From Nitrososphaerota archaeon (GTDB lineage: Archaea; Thermoproteota; Nitrososphaeria_A; Caldarchaeales; Calditenuaceae), in the NCBI GenBank assembly GCA_041641295.1, contig JBEPYO010000001.1, forward strand, positions 992,001-1,056,000: a stretch of DNA of 64,000 nt, written 5' to 3'. Below, piece by piece: positions 9,829 through 20,165 of this stretch. How positions within the stretch are numbered: the first letter of the stretch is position 1; every line of letters starts with the position of its first letter. The translations under genes were made by a program, and so were the position numbers. Below the pieces are notes generated by a model that saw nothing but the letters and a program-made list of their open reading frames with translations, was not told the DNA's origin and did not search any database.

Positions 9829-10531
9829 GTCTTCCAGTTCTATCAACCTCGCCCAGTCTAACTCTCGTACTGCTGATAGGCCTACCATCCTCTGCGAGCA
9901 CAAGGGGAGAGAGTTCAAGCGACACCGGTGGCAGACCTTTAGATACTCTGAGATTCACCGCCTCCTCAGCCCTGTCAAGCGTTATCGGGCCTGTAACCAA
10001 CGCATTGATTCTCTCATCGGATAACAGAGGACCATAGGGGTCGTTAAGCTGAGTTATCTCAGCCCTCGATAACCATCCATACTTGTCTAGAGTTCTTTTA
10101 AGCTCCTCAACCCTCTCTCTCATCGGAGAGACTCGCCCCTCCTTTCTCAGCTTCGAGGCGAACTCGTCGCTGGTGACGCCTATTATCACCTTTTTAGAGA
10201 GTCTAAAGGCTGTGTTGAGAAGAGCGAGGTGGCCTATGTGGAGTTCGTCGAATGTGCCGCCCAAGGCTGCGACGTCGTAGATTGGTGTGAAGTTCTTGGA
10301 TAGTTCTAGCTCCTCCTCCACCTCGTAGTACCAGAGCCGGTGGCTCCTCAGCAGTATCAGAGCCTCTCCCCTCAGCACCCCTAGCTGCAGTGTAAGCTCG
10401 TCAAGAGTGATCTTCGGATGCTTCACCAATATCTCTTTAACGAGTAAGTCGCGCTTGCTGCTGTAGCTTCCCATTCCTCTGACAACCTCCCAGAGCATAG
10501 GATAGAGCTCGGCTACCGTAACTTTATCCAA
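9797..10531 (-). CDS. coaD: Phosphopantetheine adenylyltransferase (archaeal type) with N-terminal extension
   Basis: GGTFDELHIGH, LNDPYGP, ISSTRVR. Confidence 0.88.
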   Translation of the reverse strand: MDKVTVAELYPMLWEVVRGMGSYSSKRDLLVKEILVKHPKITLDELTLQLGVLRGEALILLRSHRLWYYEVEEELELSKNFTPIYDVAALGGTFDELHIGHLALLNTAFRLSKKVIIGVTSDEFASKLRKEGRVSPMRERVEELKRTLDKYGWLSRAEITQLNDPYGPLLSDERINALVTGPITLDRAEEAVNLRVSKGLPPVSLELSPLVLAEDGRPISSTRVRLGEVDRTGRLIAGRKQAGQ

Positions 10532-10580
10532 CCCGCTTCTCAGTGTAGATTGCTATAAGTTATTAAACCATTACGCTGCT

Positions 10581-10940
10581 TTGGGAAAGACTTATAGCTT
10601 GAGTCGGACTTTTTTAGAGTGCATGACGGCGCTTAAGCAGATACACAGACTCTACGAGGAGCTTAAGGACACAGTAGACTTCTTCGAGGAGCAGGTCAAC
10701 AGCGGCTCTCGGCTCGAGATGGTGGCAAACAACATCTCCGAGGTCATAGAGACGATAGAGAACCTGCTCCTCGACCCACGGCTCTCCCCCTCAACGATCA
10801 GCATGTTTGAGGAGCTTAGGATGCGTGCGCTTGGAATCCAGCGGAAGGTAAACAACGCGCTGAACAAGATGGAAGAAAATATTAGTAGCGAGGGTGAGGG
10901 TTTAGAAGGTAGAAGATGGCGCCGTTGGAGGACCTATTAA
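10581..10940 (+). CDS. Hypothetical helical/coiled-coil protein
   Basis: 119-aa ORF overlapping the tldD start. Confidence 0.6.
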   Translation: MGKTYSLSRTFLECMTALKQIHRLYEELKDTVDFFEEQVNSGSRLEMVANNISEVIETIENLLLDPRLSPSTISMFEELRMRALGIQRKVNNALNKMEENISSEGEGLEGRRWRRWRTY

Positions 10941-12364
10941 GTTATGCCTTAAAAACCGCGTCTAGGCTGGGAGCTTCTTACGCAGAGGCTAGGTTTGAAA
11001 ACCACGTCGGCGAGACATTCGTTTTAAGGAATGGTGTTGTCGACGTATCCGCTCGGGGTGTTTCGCGGGGCATAGGCGTGCGTGTCCTATACAAGAAGGC
11101 CCTCGGCTTCAGCTCTACAGGAGACCTGACTAGGAGGGGGGTTTCTGAGGCTGTAAAGAGGGCTGTAGAGCTTGCAAAAGCCTCGGCTAGGCTGCTATCT
11201 AAGGGCGTGTCTATGTCCGACGAGGTTATGGGGAAGGAGCGGGTCATAGTTAGGCCCCGCGTTAAACACGAAAACGTCGCTACGGAGGATAAAACCGAGC
11301 TTCTCAAGATGGCTGATGGAGCGATTGTCGAGGCCGCTGAAAAAAGGGGTGTCAAGGCTGTCTCCAGAGTGTTTGAGATGACGCTTGGTCGTCTGGAGAA
11401 ACATGTCCTGAACACGGACGGCGCTGACGTCTACTTGGACAAGCCCCTGTCAGCCCTCAACTGCATATTCACTATTTTCGGAGAAGGCAGGTATCTTCAG
11501 AGGTTTCTCAATCTAGGCGAGTCGAGGGGCTGGGAGGCTGTTGAGAGGTGGAGGATAGACGATATGATGGCTGAGGAGGCGGCAGCAGTCTCAGAGGCGG
11601 TTAAGAAGGCGGTTGCGCCGCCCAAAGGGAAGATGGATGTGGTTTTGGGCTCCGAGATCATCGGCCTCGTGTGTCATGAATCTGCAGGGCATCCGGGGGA
11701 GGCTGACAGGATGCTGGGGAGGGAGGCGGCGCAGGCAGGCGAGACATACATCACCCGAGAGCATCTGGGCTCGAGGATAGGCTCCGAGCTGGTTACAATC
11801 GTCGACGACCCCACACTACCAGGCTCATTTGGCTATTACCTCTATGATGACGAGGGTGTTAAGGCCTCGGAGAGGGTTCTAATCGAGCGCGGCGTGATCA
11901 AGGAGTTACTCCACAACCGTGAGACTGCTCCTGAGTTTGGTGTGAAGAGCAACGCGGCGTCCCGTGCCAACAACTATAACAGGGAGCCCATCGTCCGGAT
12001 GGCAAACACGTACATGAAGCCCGGCGACCATACACTTGAGGAGCTTATCGAGGATATCCGGGAGGGCGTATACGTGAAGAGCTACATGGAGTGGAATATA
12101 GATGATAAACGATGGAATCAGAGATACGTCGGGGTCGAGGCATATCTCATCAAGAATGGAGAGCTGGGAGACATGGTCTTTCAGCCAGTAATAGAGCTGA
12201 CTACACAGGCCCTCTACTCAGCCATAGACGCGCTCGGCAGGGACCTAAAATTCTACGCCGGATACTGCGGTAAGGGCGACCCTATGCAGGGCATACCAGT
12301 CTGGTTCGGAGGACCATCCGCCCGCCTCAGAAACATCAGGCTAGGCCAAACTAGCGTAGAATAA
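10916..12364 (+). CDS. tldD: TldD/PmbA family metalloprotease
   Basis: HESAGH, DDP, YDDEG, RMANTY, CGKG motifs. Confidence 0.92.
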   Translation: MAPLEDLLSYALKTASRLGASYAEARFENHVGETFVLRNGVVDVSARGVSRGIGVRVLYKKALGFSSTGDLTRRGVSEAVKRAVELAKASARLLSKGVSMSDEVMGKERVIVRPRVKHENVATEDKTELLKMADGAIVEAAEKRGVKAVSRVFEMTLGRLEKHVLNTDGADVYLDKPLSALNCIFTIFGEGRYLQRFLNLGESRGWEAVERWRIDDMMAEEAAAVSEAVKKAVAPPKGKMDVVLGSEIIGLVCHESAGHPGEADRMLGREAAQAGETYITREHLGSRIGSELVTIVDDPTLPGSFGYYLYDDEGVKASERVLIERGVIKELLHNRETAPEFGVKSNAASRANNYNREPIVRMANTYMKPGDHTLEELIEDIREGVYVKSYMEWNIDDKRWNQRYVGVEAYLIKNGELGDMVFQPVIELTTQALYSAIDALGRDLKFYAGYCGKGDPMQGIPVWFGGPSARLRNIRLGQTSVE

Positions 12365-12378
12365 ACACCGGAAACACG

Positions 12379-13971
12379 CTATTTCGATGATAGATCCGCC
12401 AAAGCCTCGCGAAGCCTATCCACACCTATGTCAAACAGGTAGGGTCCGAGCCTAGGTCCGCTAGGCCTCCCCAGAAGTAGGAGATAGATCTTCGAGAATA
12501 ATTGTGGCGGGTTGATGCCCCTGCGCCTCGCCTCCTCGAATATTGCTGCCTGGACCTCCTCGCCGTCCGCCGCCCTACCGGCCCTCTCGATCAAGGCCTG
12601 AATAGCCTCTTTCTCACGCTCTTCCAGCTCCACTTGGACCTTGACCCGCGGGACTGCTCCGAAGTCCAAGGCATAGAGCCTCGCCTTCTCAGCCTTCTGG
12701 AGGAGATACTCGTCGACCCTGTATCCATATCTTCGGAGCCTCTTCTCCACGAACTCGCGGACATTCTCGCTGGGGGCCAGGGACGCTAGCTCCGCGAGAA
12801 GCCTGAATGGTGCATGTGCCCTTGGGCTCTGGGGAGGCCGCAGGAGGTAGATGTACTCGAAGAGTCCGCGGAGTTTTGCTCTAAGCCGCTCGTCAGATAT
12901 CTTAATCCTGCCGAAGTATACGTCCTCGAGTTCTTCAACCTCGTCCCAGAGCCTGGGTATTAGTTCTGGTGTCACGATTCGGGCACCCACACTTCTCTTA
13001 AACATCAGTAGGAGGAGGGTCTCTGGTGGGGCGTATTTGAGCCACATTTGTGGGGTGAATACGTTTCCCACGGATTTTGAGAACTTCTTTCTGCTGGCGT
13101 CTATGAAGTGCTCGTACTTGACGTGTAACGGTGGCTCAAAGTTTAGTATGTTTCTGGAGACCCAGTCGTTGACCTTCACACTATCTATGAGGTCTTTTCC
13201 ATAGGCCTCGAATCTGATGTCGAGTAGCTTCCACCGGGCGGCGAACTCGACCTTCCACGGGAGCTTGCCGTTCCCGTCTTTTAGGCTTGACCATCCCTCG
13301 TAGCCGCATCCCCGGTGCAGCCTCTTCTTTATCTCGATGTCGCTGCACACATATTTCACCCGCCAGCCGTCACTATCGAACTCTACTGCCTTTGCCGTGT
13401 ATATTCTGCCGCAAGACTCGCAGACGGGGTAGTAGGGTAGCTGCTGAGTGAATTTCTCCTGTCCGACCAGAGACTTTATCGCCTCTCCAACCCTCCCCGC
13501 ATTGCTCAATATCTCCGCAGCAATCCCGGCTAGTTTTCCACTTCCATAGACCTCGTGGGCGTTATACAGCCTGTACTCTATCCCGATCTGGTCGAGGGGC
13601 TCGGTCATCATGGAGACCATGTGCTCAGCGTAGCTTTGGTGGCAGCCATATGGGTCTGGAATCCTCGAGACAGGCATGAGGAGGTGCTCCTCCAGCTCTT
13701 TCGGGAGGCCTTGGGGAATGCTTCGGAGCCCGTCCATGTCGTCGACGAATAGTATCATCTCAGAGCTGTAGCCTAGGCCGCGGAGGGCGAGGGTTACCCC
13801 GTAGGCGCGGGCGGGGTCGGATAGGTTCCCGATGTGGGGGATTCCGCTGGCCGCTACTCCGCTCTCGGTCAAGAGCAGGTCTAGGCTCCTCCCAAGCCTC
13901 CTCTCCCTCTCCACAAGCCTGTGCGCCACCCTGTCCAGCCACGTTCCTCGACCAACTATCGGCCTTGACAT
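12379..13971 (-). CDS. lysS: Lysyl-tRNA synthetase class I
   Basis: SGIPHIGN, GKLPWKVEFAARW, KFSKSVGN, GPRLG; ATG at 13971 preferred as start. Confidence 0.95.
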   Translation of the reverse strand: MSRPIVGRGTWLDRVAHRLVERERRLGRSLDLLLTESGVAASGIPHIGNLSDPARAYGVTLALRGLGYSSEMILFVDDMDGLRSIPQGLPKELEEHLLMPVSRIPDPYGCHQSYAEHMVSMMTEPLDQIGIEYRLYNAHEVYGSGKLAGIAAEILSNAGRVGEAIKSLVGQEKFTQQLPYYPVCESCGRIYTAKAVEFDSDGWRVKYVCSDIEIKKRLHRGCGYEGWSSLKDGNGKLPWKVEFAARWKLLDIRFEAYGKDLIDSVKVNDWVSRNILNFEPPLHVKYEHFIDASRKKFSKSVGNVFTPQMWLKYAPPETLLLLMFKRSVGARIVTPELIPRLWDEVEELEDVYFGRIKISDERLRAKLRGLFEYIYLLRPPQSPRAHAPFRLLAELASLAPSENVREFVEKRLRRYGYRVDEYLLQKAEKARLYALDFGAVPRVKVQVELEEREKEAIQALIERAGRAADGEEVQAAIFEEARRRGINPPQLFSKIYLLLLGRPSGPRLGPYLFDIGVDRLREALADLSSK

Positions 13972-14113
13972 CGGTGCTACTCCCTCAACCACCAATAAGA
14001 ACCCGACAAGTCAGCAATATAGCAATAATCCGTATACATCTTGCTAAACCTCCACCTACCCATTACGACAGGTGGCGCCAACCATTTGACTGGCATCCAC
14101 TAGCACGTGGCCC

Positions 14114-16831
14114 TCACCGGTAGAGCCTGCTGATCTCTAGGCGCTTGAGCAGCTCTATACTTGTGAAGGTCGTAACTGCTCCCAGTGCCATCCATGCAAC
14201 ATCCCTGGGGCCGGGTGGCACTATGTGTAGGGCTTGGCGCGTTACGGGTATGATTGTTAGAATTGTTATCAACGTGATCTCCCAGAGTATTGTGATTAGG
14301 AGCCACTTGTGGGGGCGGAACTTGAAGATCGACTGGCTAAGGGAGACTGTGTTAAGGGCTACGGCCAGCTCGACGAATACAAACATTAGAAAGAGCCTAC
14401 TGCGGGCTGCCTCTATCCCCAACGTGAGAGCGTCAATAAAGCCTAGAAGCAGGACTGGAGTCTCAACTATCAGCGCCCTGACCAAGTATTCCTTAATGTC
14501 GCGGGTAAAGACTCTCTCACCCCTCGGGCGGGGGGCTCTCCGCATTATATCAGGCTCAGGCGGAGTGAAGCCCAGGGCTATTGCGGGCAACCCATCCGTC
14601 GCGAGGTTGATGTAGAGTATCTGGACTGGGAGGAGTGGTAGAAGCTCCTCACCGCCAACGCCTAAGAAGGGCAATATTATAAGCGCCGAGATAGCGATCA
14701 CAGCTATCTCGACGAAGTTCGCTTGGAGCAGATACGCTAGATACTTCTTAATGTTGTCATAGATCCATCTGCCCAGCTCGACCGCCTTGACGATGGTTGA
14801 GAAGTTGTCGTCCAGCAGGATCAGGTCCGAGGCCTCTTTTGTCACCTCTGTTCCCGTCAGCCCCATCGCGACGCCGATGTCTGCGCGCTTCAGGGCTGGT
14901 GCGTCATTTACTCCATCCCCCGTCATGGCTACTGTCTTCCCCCGCTTCTTCCAAGCCTCCACGATGCGTAGCTTATCGCTAGGAGATACGCGGGCGTAGA
15001 CTGTGATCTTCTCAACCTTCTCCTCGAGCTCTTCGTCGCTCATCTTTGCAAGATCCGCGCCAGTTACCGCGATGTCACCTTCTTGATAGATGCCGACCTC
15101 TCTGGCTACGGCTAGGGCTGTTAGACGGTGGTCGCCGGTAATCATTATCGGCTTTATCTTCGCCATCCGGCACTTCTCCACCGCCTCCTTCACCTCGGGT
15201 CTCGGAGGGTCTATGATGCCCACAAGCCCAAGTAGGGTGAATCCGTGCTCTATCTCCTCCTCAGAATAGCTGGATATGGGCTCTTGTATCTCCCTCTCGG
15301 CGACGGCTAATACTCTTAGACCGCGGGCAGCCATCTGCTCGTTAGTGTTTGATAGCCTATTCCTCCACTCCTCCGTGAGCTCAACGGTGGAGCCGTCGAC
15401 TATGACCCTGCTACAGAGCCCGACAACAACCTCAGGAGCCCCCTTCATGTAGGCCACGAGCCTGCCTGTCGAGGATACGATAGTGGTCATACGCTTGCGT
15501 TCGGAGGCGAAGGGTATCTCGGAAACCCGCCTATGCTTGGACCGCGCCTCGATATGATTTACCCCGAAACTCTCGGCCATCAAGACGAGAGCCGCCTCAG
15601 TTGGGTCGCCGTATATCTCGTGGCGGTCAGCAACCTTTTTGACTACGGCGTCCGAGGAGAGTACCGCGGCCAGTGCTAGTCTCTGGAGGTCATGTAGCTG
15701 CCTACTCTCTGACTTGAGCTCGGCGAGGCCTTGAGGGTTTGACAGCTCATAGAACCTCCCGCCTAGAAACACCTCCTTAACCATCATCTCGCCCTTAGTG
15801 ATGGTTCCAGTCTTATCCGAGCATATCACCTCGGTTGACCCGAGCGTCTCGACGGCTGCCATGCTCCGCGCGACAGCATTCCTCTTCGCGAGCATCCACA
15901 TTCCTACTGCAAGAGTGCTTGTAACTATGGCTGGGAGGGCCTCAGGTACGGCAGCTACTGCGAGGGCGACTGCGAACATGAAGACGCTTATCACTAAGTC
16001 GTAGGAGAGTGCTTTCCCCAGAACTGTAATCTCTGCCAGCTCAACGGCCGCAATCACGGCTATTATCAGCAGAATTATCTTCCCTAGGCTCCTCGCAACC
16101 TCCTCCATCCTCCGCTCAAGCGGAGTCCTCTCCTCCCGTATCTCCAAGACCTCCTTCGCAATCTTTCCAAACTCTGTCCGCATCCCAGTCGCAGTAACGA
16201 CCGCCTTACCCTTACCCGCAGTTATCGTCGTCCCGGCATAGAGCATGTTCACCCTGTCAGGGAGGGGAGTGTCCTCTGGGAGCGTTGATGCGGTTTTGGC
16301 GACTGGTATCGACTCGCCGGTCAGAGCTGCCTCATAGGCCTGTAGGCCATGCGACTCCACAACCCTGGCGTCCGCTACGACCTTATCCCCTGCTTCGAGT
16401 AGAAGGATATCGCCTGGGACGACATCCTCTGCCTTGACCTTGACTCTAACGCCCTCCCTAAGGACGCTGCAGCTCGGAGCCATCATCCTCTTCAAGGCCT
16501 CTACAATCCTCTCAGAGCGGAACTCCTGCCAGAAGCCCAGAAACGCAGCCAAGAAAACTATCACAAGAATCACAACAGAGTCGACGATCTCGCCTAGGAG
16601 GGCCGATATGGCCGTTGCAACAATAAGGATTATGATCATCAGGTTTAGGAACTGTCTCAGAAGTATCCTCAAGGGAGAGACTCCCTTCCCCCGCTCAATC
16701 ACATTTGGGCCGAAGGTCTTAAGCCGCTCAGCCACCTCATCCTTCCCCAGACCAGTGTCAAGATTCGAGCCCAGCAGCCTCAGACACTCAGAAGCCTCGA
16801 GGGCATGCCAGGCATACTGCTTCTCAGCCAA
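14114..16831 (-). CDS. P-type IIA (Ca2+-type) cation-transporting ATPase
   Basis: TGES, PEALP, DKTGT, KGAPE, TGDGVND. Confidence 0.93.
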   Translation of the reverse strand: MAEKQYAWHALEASECLRLLGSNLDTGLGKDEVAERLKTFGPNVIERGKGVSPLRILLRQFLNLMIIILIVATAISALLGEIVDSVVILVIVFLAAFLGFWQEFRSERIVEALKRMMAPSCSVLREGVRVKVKAEDVVPGDILLLEAGDKVVADARVVESHGLQAYEAALTGESIPVAKTASTLPEDTPLPDRVNMLYAGTTITAGKGKAVVTATGMRTEFGKIAKEVLEIREERTPLERRMEEVARSLGKIILLIIAVIAAVELAEITVLGKALSYDLVISVFMFAVALAVAAVPEALPAIVTSTLAVGMWMLAKRNAVARSMAAVETLGSTEVICSDKTGTITKGEMMVKEVFLGGRFYELSNPQGLAELKSESRQLHDLQRLALAAVLSSDAVVKKVADRHEIYGDPTEAALVLMAESFGVNHIEARSKHRRVSEIPFASERKRMTTIVSSTGRLVAYMKGAPEVVVGLCSRVIVDGSTVELTEEWRNRLSNTNEQMAARGLRVLAVAEREIQEPISSYSEEEIEHGFTLLGLVGIIDPPRPEVKEAVEKCRMAKIKPIMITGDHRLTALAVAREVGIYQEGDIAVTGADLAKMSDEELEEKVEKITVYARVSPSDKLRIVEAWKKRGKTVAMTGDGVNDAPALKRADIGVAMGLTGTEVTKEASDLILLDDNFSTIVKAVELGRWIYDNIKKYLAYLLQANFVEIAVIAISALIILPFLGVGGEELLPLLPVQILYINLATDGLPAIALGFTPPEPDIMRRAPRPRGERVFTRDIKEYLVRALIVETPVLLLGFIDALTLGIEAARSRLFLMFVFVELAVALNTVSLSQSIFKFRPHKWLLITILWEITLITILTIIPVTRQALHIVPPGPRDVAWMALGAVTTFTSIELLKRLEISRLYR

Positions 16832-16927
16832 CCTTCACATACACCCAGCGCCCCCTCCAATATATTTGGGTAATTGATTGAGACTCGGTGTTGAATTAAT
16901 AGGCTGGCTAGGCGCTGAATATGCTAG

Positions 16928-17497
16928 TTGCCGGTCAGGATAGCTCTAGACCTTGATGGGGTGCTGTCGGACTCTATGGGGCGCTGGGTTGAGGTCTGGA
17001 ACTCGAGGTATGGCCACCCTAGACTTTCAGTCGAGGATATACGTGAGTGGGATTTTTGGCGTGGCCTAGGAATCACTTTGGAGACGTTTAACGAAGTGTT
17101 TGACGAGGTTTGGAGAGAATGGGTCTACCTGAGGCCTCTGGAGGAGAATATCGGGGAAAAGGTCGCACGCCTCGCATACTTCGGCAGGGTCGACATAGTT
17201 AGTGGCCGGTCGACAAGACATCTACCATACGTGAAGAGCTGGCTCAGCCACCATAAAATAAGGTATGACACCATCTTCCTAGGCGTCTCATCTAAGAGTA
17301 GGCTAACCCACGACATTTTCATCGACGACTCGCCTGTTGAGGCTGTCCGAATAGCTGAGACAGCCAGATACGTCCTGCTCCGAGACCAGCCCTGGAACAG
17401 AAACGTCCCTAAAAGCAAATTCATCATAAGGGTGAGAAATCTCGAGGAAGCAATCAAAAAGCTGGCCGAAGAGGTTTTCCCCGGAACCCTCCCCTAA
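16928..17497 (+). CDS. HAD-family 5'(3')-deoxyribonucleotidase-like phosphatase
   Basis: DLDGVL, IFIDD, QPWN motifs. Confidence 0.85.
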   Translation: MPVRIALDLDGVLSDSMGRWVEVWNSRYGHPRLSVEDIREWDFWRGLGITLETFNEVFDEVWREWVYLRPLEENIGEKVARLAYFGRVDIVSGRSTRHLPYVKSWLSHHKIRYDTIFLGVSSKSRLTHDIFIDDSPVEAVRIAETARYVLLRDQPWNRNVPKSKFIIRVRNLEEAIKKLAEEVFPGTLP

Positions 17498-17511
17498 AAC
17501 AGCTATTTATT

Positions 17512-18990
17512 ATGGTTGACAGGTGGCTCGAGGTGAGCATGGAGATACAGGCTCTGAGCCCCCTTATCCTTTCCATAGCTCTTCCACTCGGTCTCTCACC
17601 TATAGCCGCCTTCTTCGGCAGAGTAATACACCCCCGCAGCGCCGGGATATTCGCTACGATCGTGCTCTTCTTCCCCATGATTTTCAGCCTCCTACTCTAT
17701 CCGGCAATAAGCGGCGGCGCGGTTGTGGAGGAGAGGTTTAGCTGGATTCCAGAGCTGGGCCTCACTTTCACCCTGAGGCTTGACCAGCTGAGCTACCCGT
17801 TCTATCTCTTGATCACGCTAGTCGGCTTCCTCTCCACACTCTACTCTATACGGTATATGGAGCATGAGAGGGGGCTGGGCTCCTACTACTCCCTGACCAT
17901 GATGTTTGTCGCCGGAATGATTGGAGTCGTCCTCTCGACAAACCTCTTCCTCTTCTACATTTTCTGGGAGCTGATGCTCATACCCAGCTACTTCCTCATC
18001 GCCTACTGGGGCTCCGGAAACGCGCGTATAATCGGCTTCAAGTATTTCGGTATGACGCATGTCGGGGCAATAGCCCTCCTGTCCGGAATCATCTGGCTCA
18101 ACTCCCTCTATGGGAGCGTGGAGCTCGATGTCCTCCGCCTAGCTCTTGCAGGCGGATCGCCGACCATGCTGAGCATAGCCACCCTCATATTCATCGGGGC
18201 GGCTGTTAAGATGGCCCTCTTCCCACTCCACAGCTGGCTCCCCGACGCTCACGCAGAGGCGCCAACACCGATAAGCGTCCTCCTGAGCGGCGTGATGATT
18301 AAGACTGGGGTATACGCTTATGCCAGGCTCATCAACGAGCTTATGCCGGCCGCGTTTCAGCAGGCCCTGCCAGTAGTTACGCCACTGGCTGTCGTAACTG
18401 TTTTCTGGGGAGGGATGATGGCCCTAGTTCAGACAGATATCAAGAGGATACTTGCCTACAGCTCTATCAGCCAGATAGGCTACATGGTCTTCGGCCTCTC
18501 ACTCCAGTCAAGCATCGGCTTAACAGGTGGACTTCTACACGTAGTTACCCACGGCCTCGCCAAGTCCCTCCTCTTCATGGCCGCAGGCAGCATAATGCAC
18601 TCGACGGGGGAGAGGGACATAAACAAGCTGGGCGGGCTCATGAGGCCCATGTGGTTCACCGCGTCTGTCTTCCTCATAGGAGGCCTCTCCATAGCAGGCA
18701 CACCCCCACTAGCAGGGTTTTTCAGCGAGTGGATGATCTTCACCGGCGGATTCCAGTCCAACATCATGCTCTACACGATACTGGCCATACTAGGGACGGC
18801 CCTAACCCTCGGATACTATCTCAAGGCATTCATGTATGTCTTCGCTAGGGGTGAAGCCTCCGGCAACGTTAAGGAGGCTCCCGCCAGCATGGCTGTGCCA
18901 ATGGCAATACTCGCAGCCATTATACTATTGGCAGGGGTAACAACTCCGCCAATAACCGGGATCCTAAACATGGCAATAGCAAAACAATAG
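17512..18990 (+). CDS. Proton-conducting membrane subunit (NuoM/MrpD antiporter-like family)
   Basis: FWELM, HSWLPDAHAEAP, LAYSSISQ, GTPPLAGF. Confidence 0.88.
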   Translation: MVDRWLEVSMEIQALSPLILSIALPLGLSPIAAFFGRVIHPRSAGIFATIVLFFPMIFSLLLYPAISGGAVVEERFSWIPELGLTFTLRLDQLSYPFYLLITLVGFLSTLYSIRYMEHERGLGSYYSLTMMFVAGMIGVVLSTNLFLFYIFWELMLIPSYFLIAYWGSGNARIIGFKYFGMTHVGAIALLSGIIWLNSLYGSVELDVLRLALAGGSPTMLSIATLIFIGAAVKMALFPLHSWLPDAHAEAPTPISVLLSGVMIKTGVYAYARLINELMPAAFQQALPVVTPLAVVTVFWGGMMALVQTDIKRILAYSSISQIGYMVFGLSLQSSIGLTGGLLHVVTHGLAKSLLFMAAGSIMHSTGERDINKLGGLMRPMWFTASVFLIGGLSIAGTPPLAGFFSEWMIFTGGFQSNIMLYTILAILGTALTLGYYLKAFMYVFARGEASGNVKEAPASMAVPMAILAAIILLAGVTTPPITGILNMAIAKQ

Positions 18991-19041
18991 CAAGAACTAC
19001 ACCCGGACAAATTTTTATACAGCGAAGTCGCGGCCACTGTT

Positions 19042-19929
19042 ATGCAGGAGCCCCTAGTCTACATAGACGGAGAATTCTATGCAAAATCCGCCGCTAAAAT
19101 CTCTGTCTTCGACCATGGCTTCCTCTACGGGGATGGCGTCTTCGAGGGGATAAGAGTGTATGACGGCGTCATCTTCAAGCTTAAAGAACACGTGGAGAGG
19201 CTATACAGGTCCGCCAAGGCGATACGGCTCGAGATCCCCATGACGATGGAGGAGATGATCGACGCGGTTGTTAAGACCGTGAGGGTGAATGGGTCCCGTG
19301 ACGCGTATATCAGGCTGGTTGTAACGCGAGGCGTCGGCGATTTAGGCTTAGATCCGCGGAAATGCGGCAAGCCCTCAGTCATTATTATTGTTGAACGGCT
19401 TGAGCCGATTCTCGGTGCGAAGGCCCGCGAGTTTGGTGTCAAGCTAATAATCAGCTCCACGCGGAGGGACCCGGTATATGCGACTTCGCACGAGGTCAAG
19501 AGCCTCAACTATCTAAACAGTATCCTAGCTAAGTTAGAGGCAATAGCGGCTGGTGCGGATGACGCGGTCATGCTTGACTCGCGGGGATTCGTCTCAGAGG
19601 CAACTGGGGCCAACCTATTCGCCGTATGGGATGAAGCCTTATACACACCGCCCGTAGCCGCAGGAATCCTGCCAGGGATAACTCGCGCAGTGGTTATGGA
19701 TATAGCACGGAAGATTGGAATCTCCGTACAGGAGCGCGATATAACCCCTACAGAACTTCTAACAAGCAGTGAGGTCTTCCTAACCGGAACCGGCGCCGAG
19801 ATAGTCCCTGTAGCCATGATAAGTGGAGTTAAGATAGGAAAGACAGTCCCAGGCCCTATCACGAAGAAGATAATCGAGGAGTTCGACAGAATTAAATCCG
19901 ACCCAGCCAACGGTGTGAAGGCACTCTAA
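19042..19929 (+). CDS. ilvE: Branched-chain amino acid aminotransferase (PLP class IV)
   Basis: YGDGVFEG, KSLNYLN, LPGITR, GTGAE. Confidence 0.93.
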   Translation: MQEPLVYIDGEFYAKSAAKISVFDHGFLYGDGVFEGIRVYDGVIFKLKEHVERLYRSAKAIRLEIPMTMEEMIDAVVKTVRVNGSRDAYIRLVVTRGVGDLGLDPRKCGKPSVIIIVERLEPILGAKAREFGVKLIISSTRRDPVYATSHEVKSLNYLNSILAKLEAIAAGADDAVMLDSRGFVSEATGANLFAVWDEALYTPPVAAGILPGITRAVVMDIARKIGISVQERDITPTELLTSSEVFLTGTGAEIVPVAMISGVKIGKTVPGPITKKIIEEFDRIKSDPANGVKAL

Positions 19930-20057
19930 AAAAGTAAAGATTAGAAAAACTTAGGTACACAAAAATATTCACAAGTTTTTGGCGGACAGCAATAGGCAGG
20001 TAAGTCCTGCCCTTAGTCCGAGAAATTTAGACAAACCCGCCCTAATAGACGCAAATC

Positions 20058-20073
20058 GAAAATCTTTAATACA
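20058..20073 (+). promoter_or_regulatory. BRE/TATA-like promoter upstream of basic microprotein 1
   Basis: GAAAATCTTTAATACA about 30 nt upstream of ATG 20103; similar to the sequence upstream of 41868. Confidence 0.5.
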
Positions 20074-20102
20074 CCAATTTCTCATCAACTCGTGAGAAAG
20101 AC

Positions 20103-20165
20103 ATGCCAGGAAGGAAGAAGAGTAGCACGAGAAAGAGGAAGGCTGGGAAGACTCGGAAGAAATAA
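20103..20165 (+). CDS. Putative 20-aa Lys/Arg-rich microprotein MPGRKKSSTRKRKAGKTRKK
   Basis: ATG..TAA in a long intergenic gap, TATA upstream, similar ORF at 41803..41868. Confidence 0.55.
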   Translation: MPGRKKSSTRKRKAGKTRKK

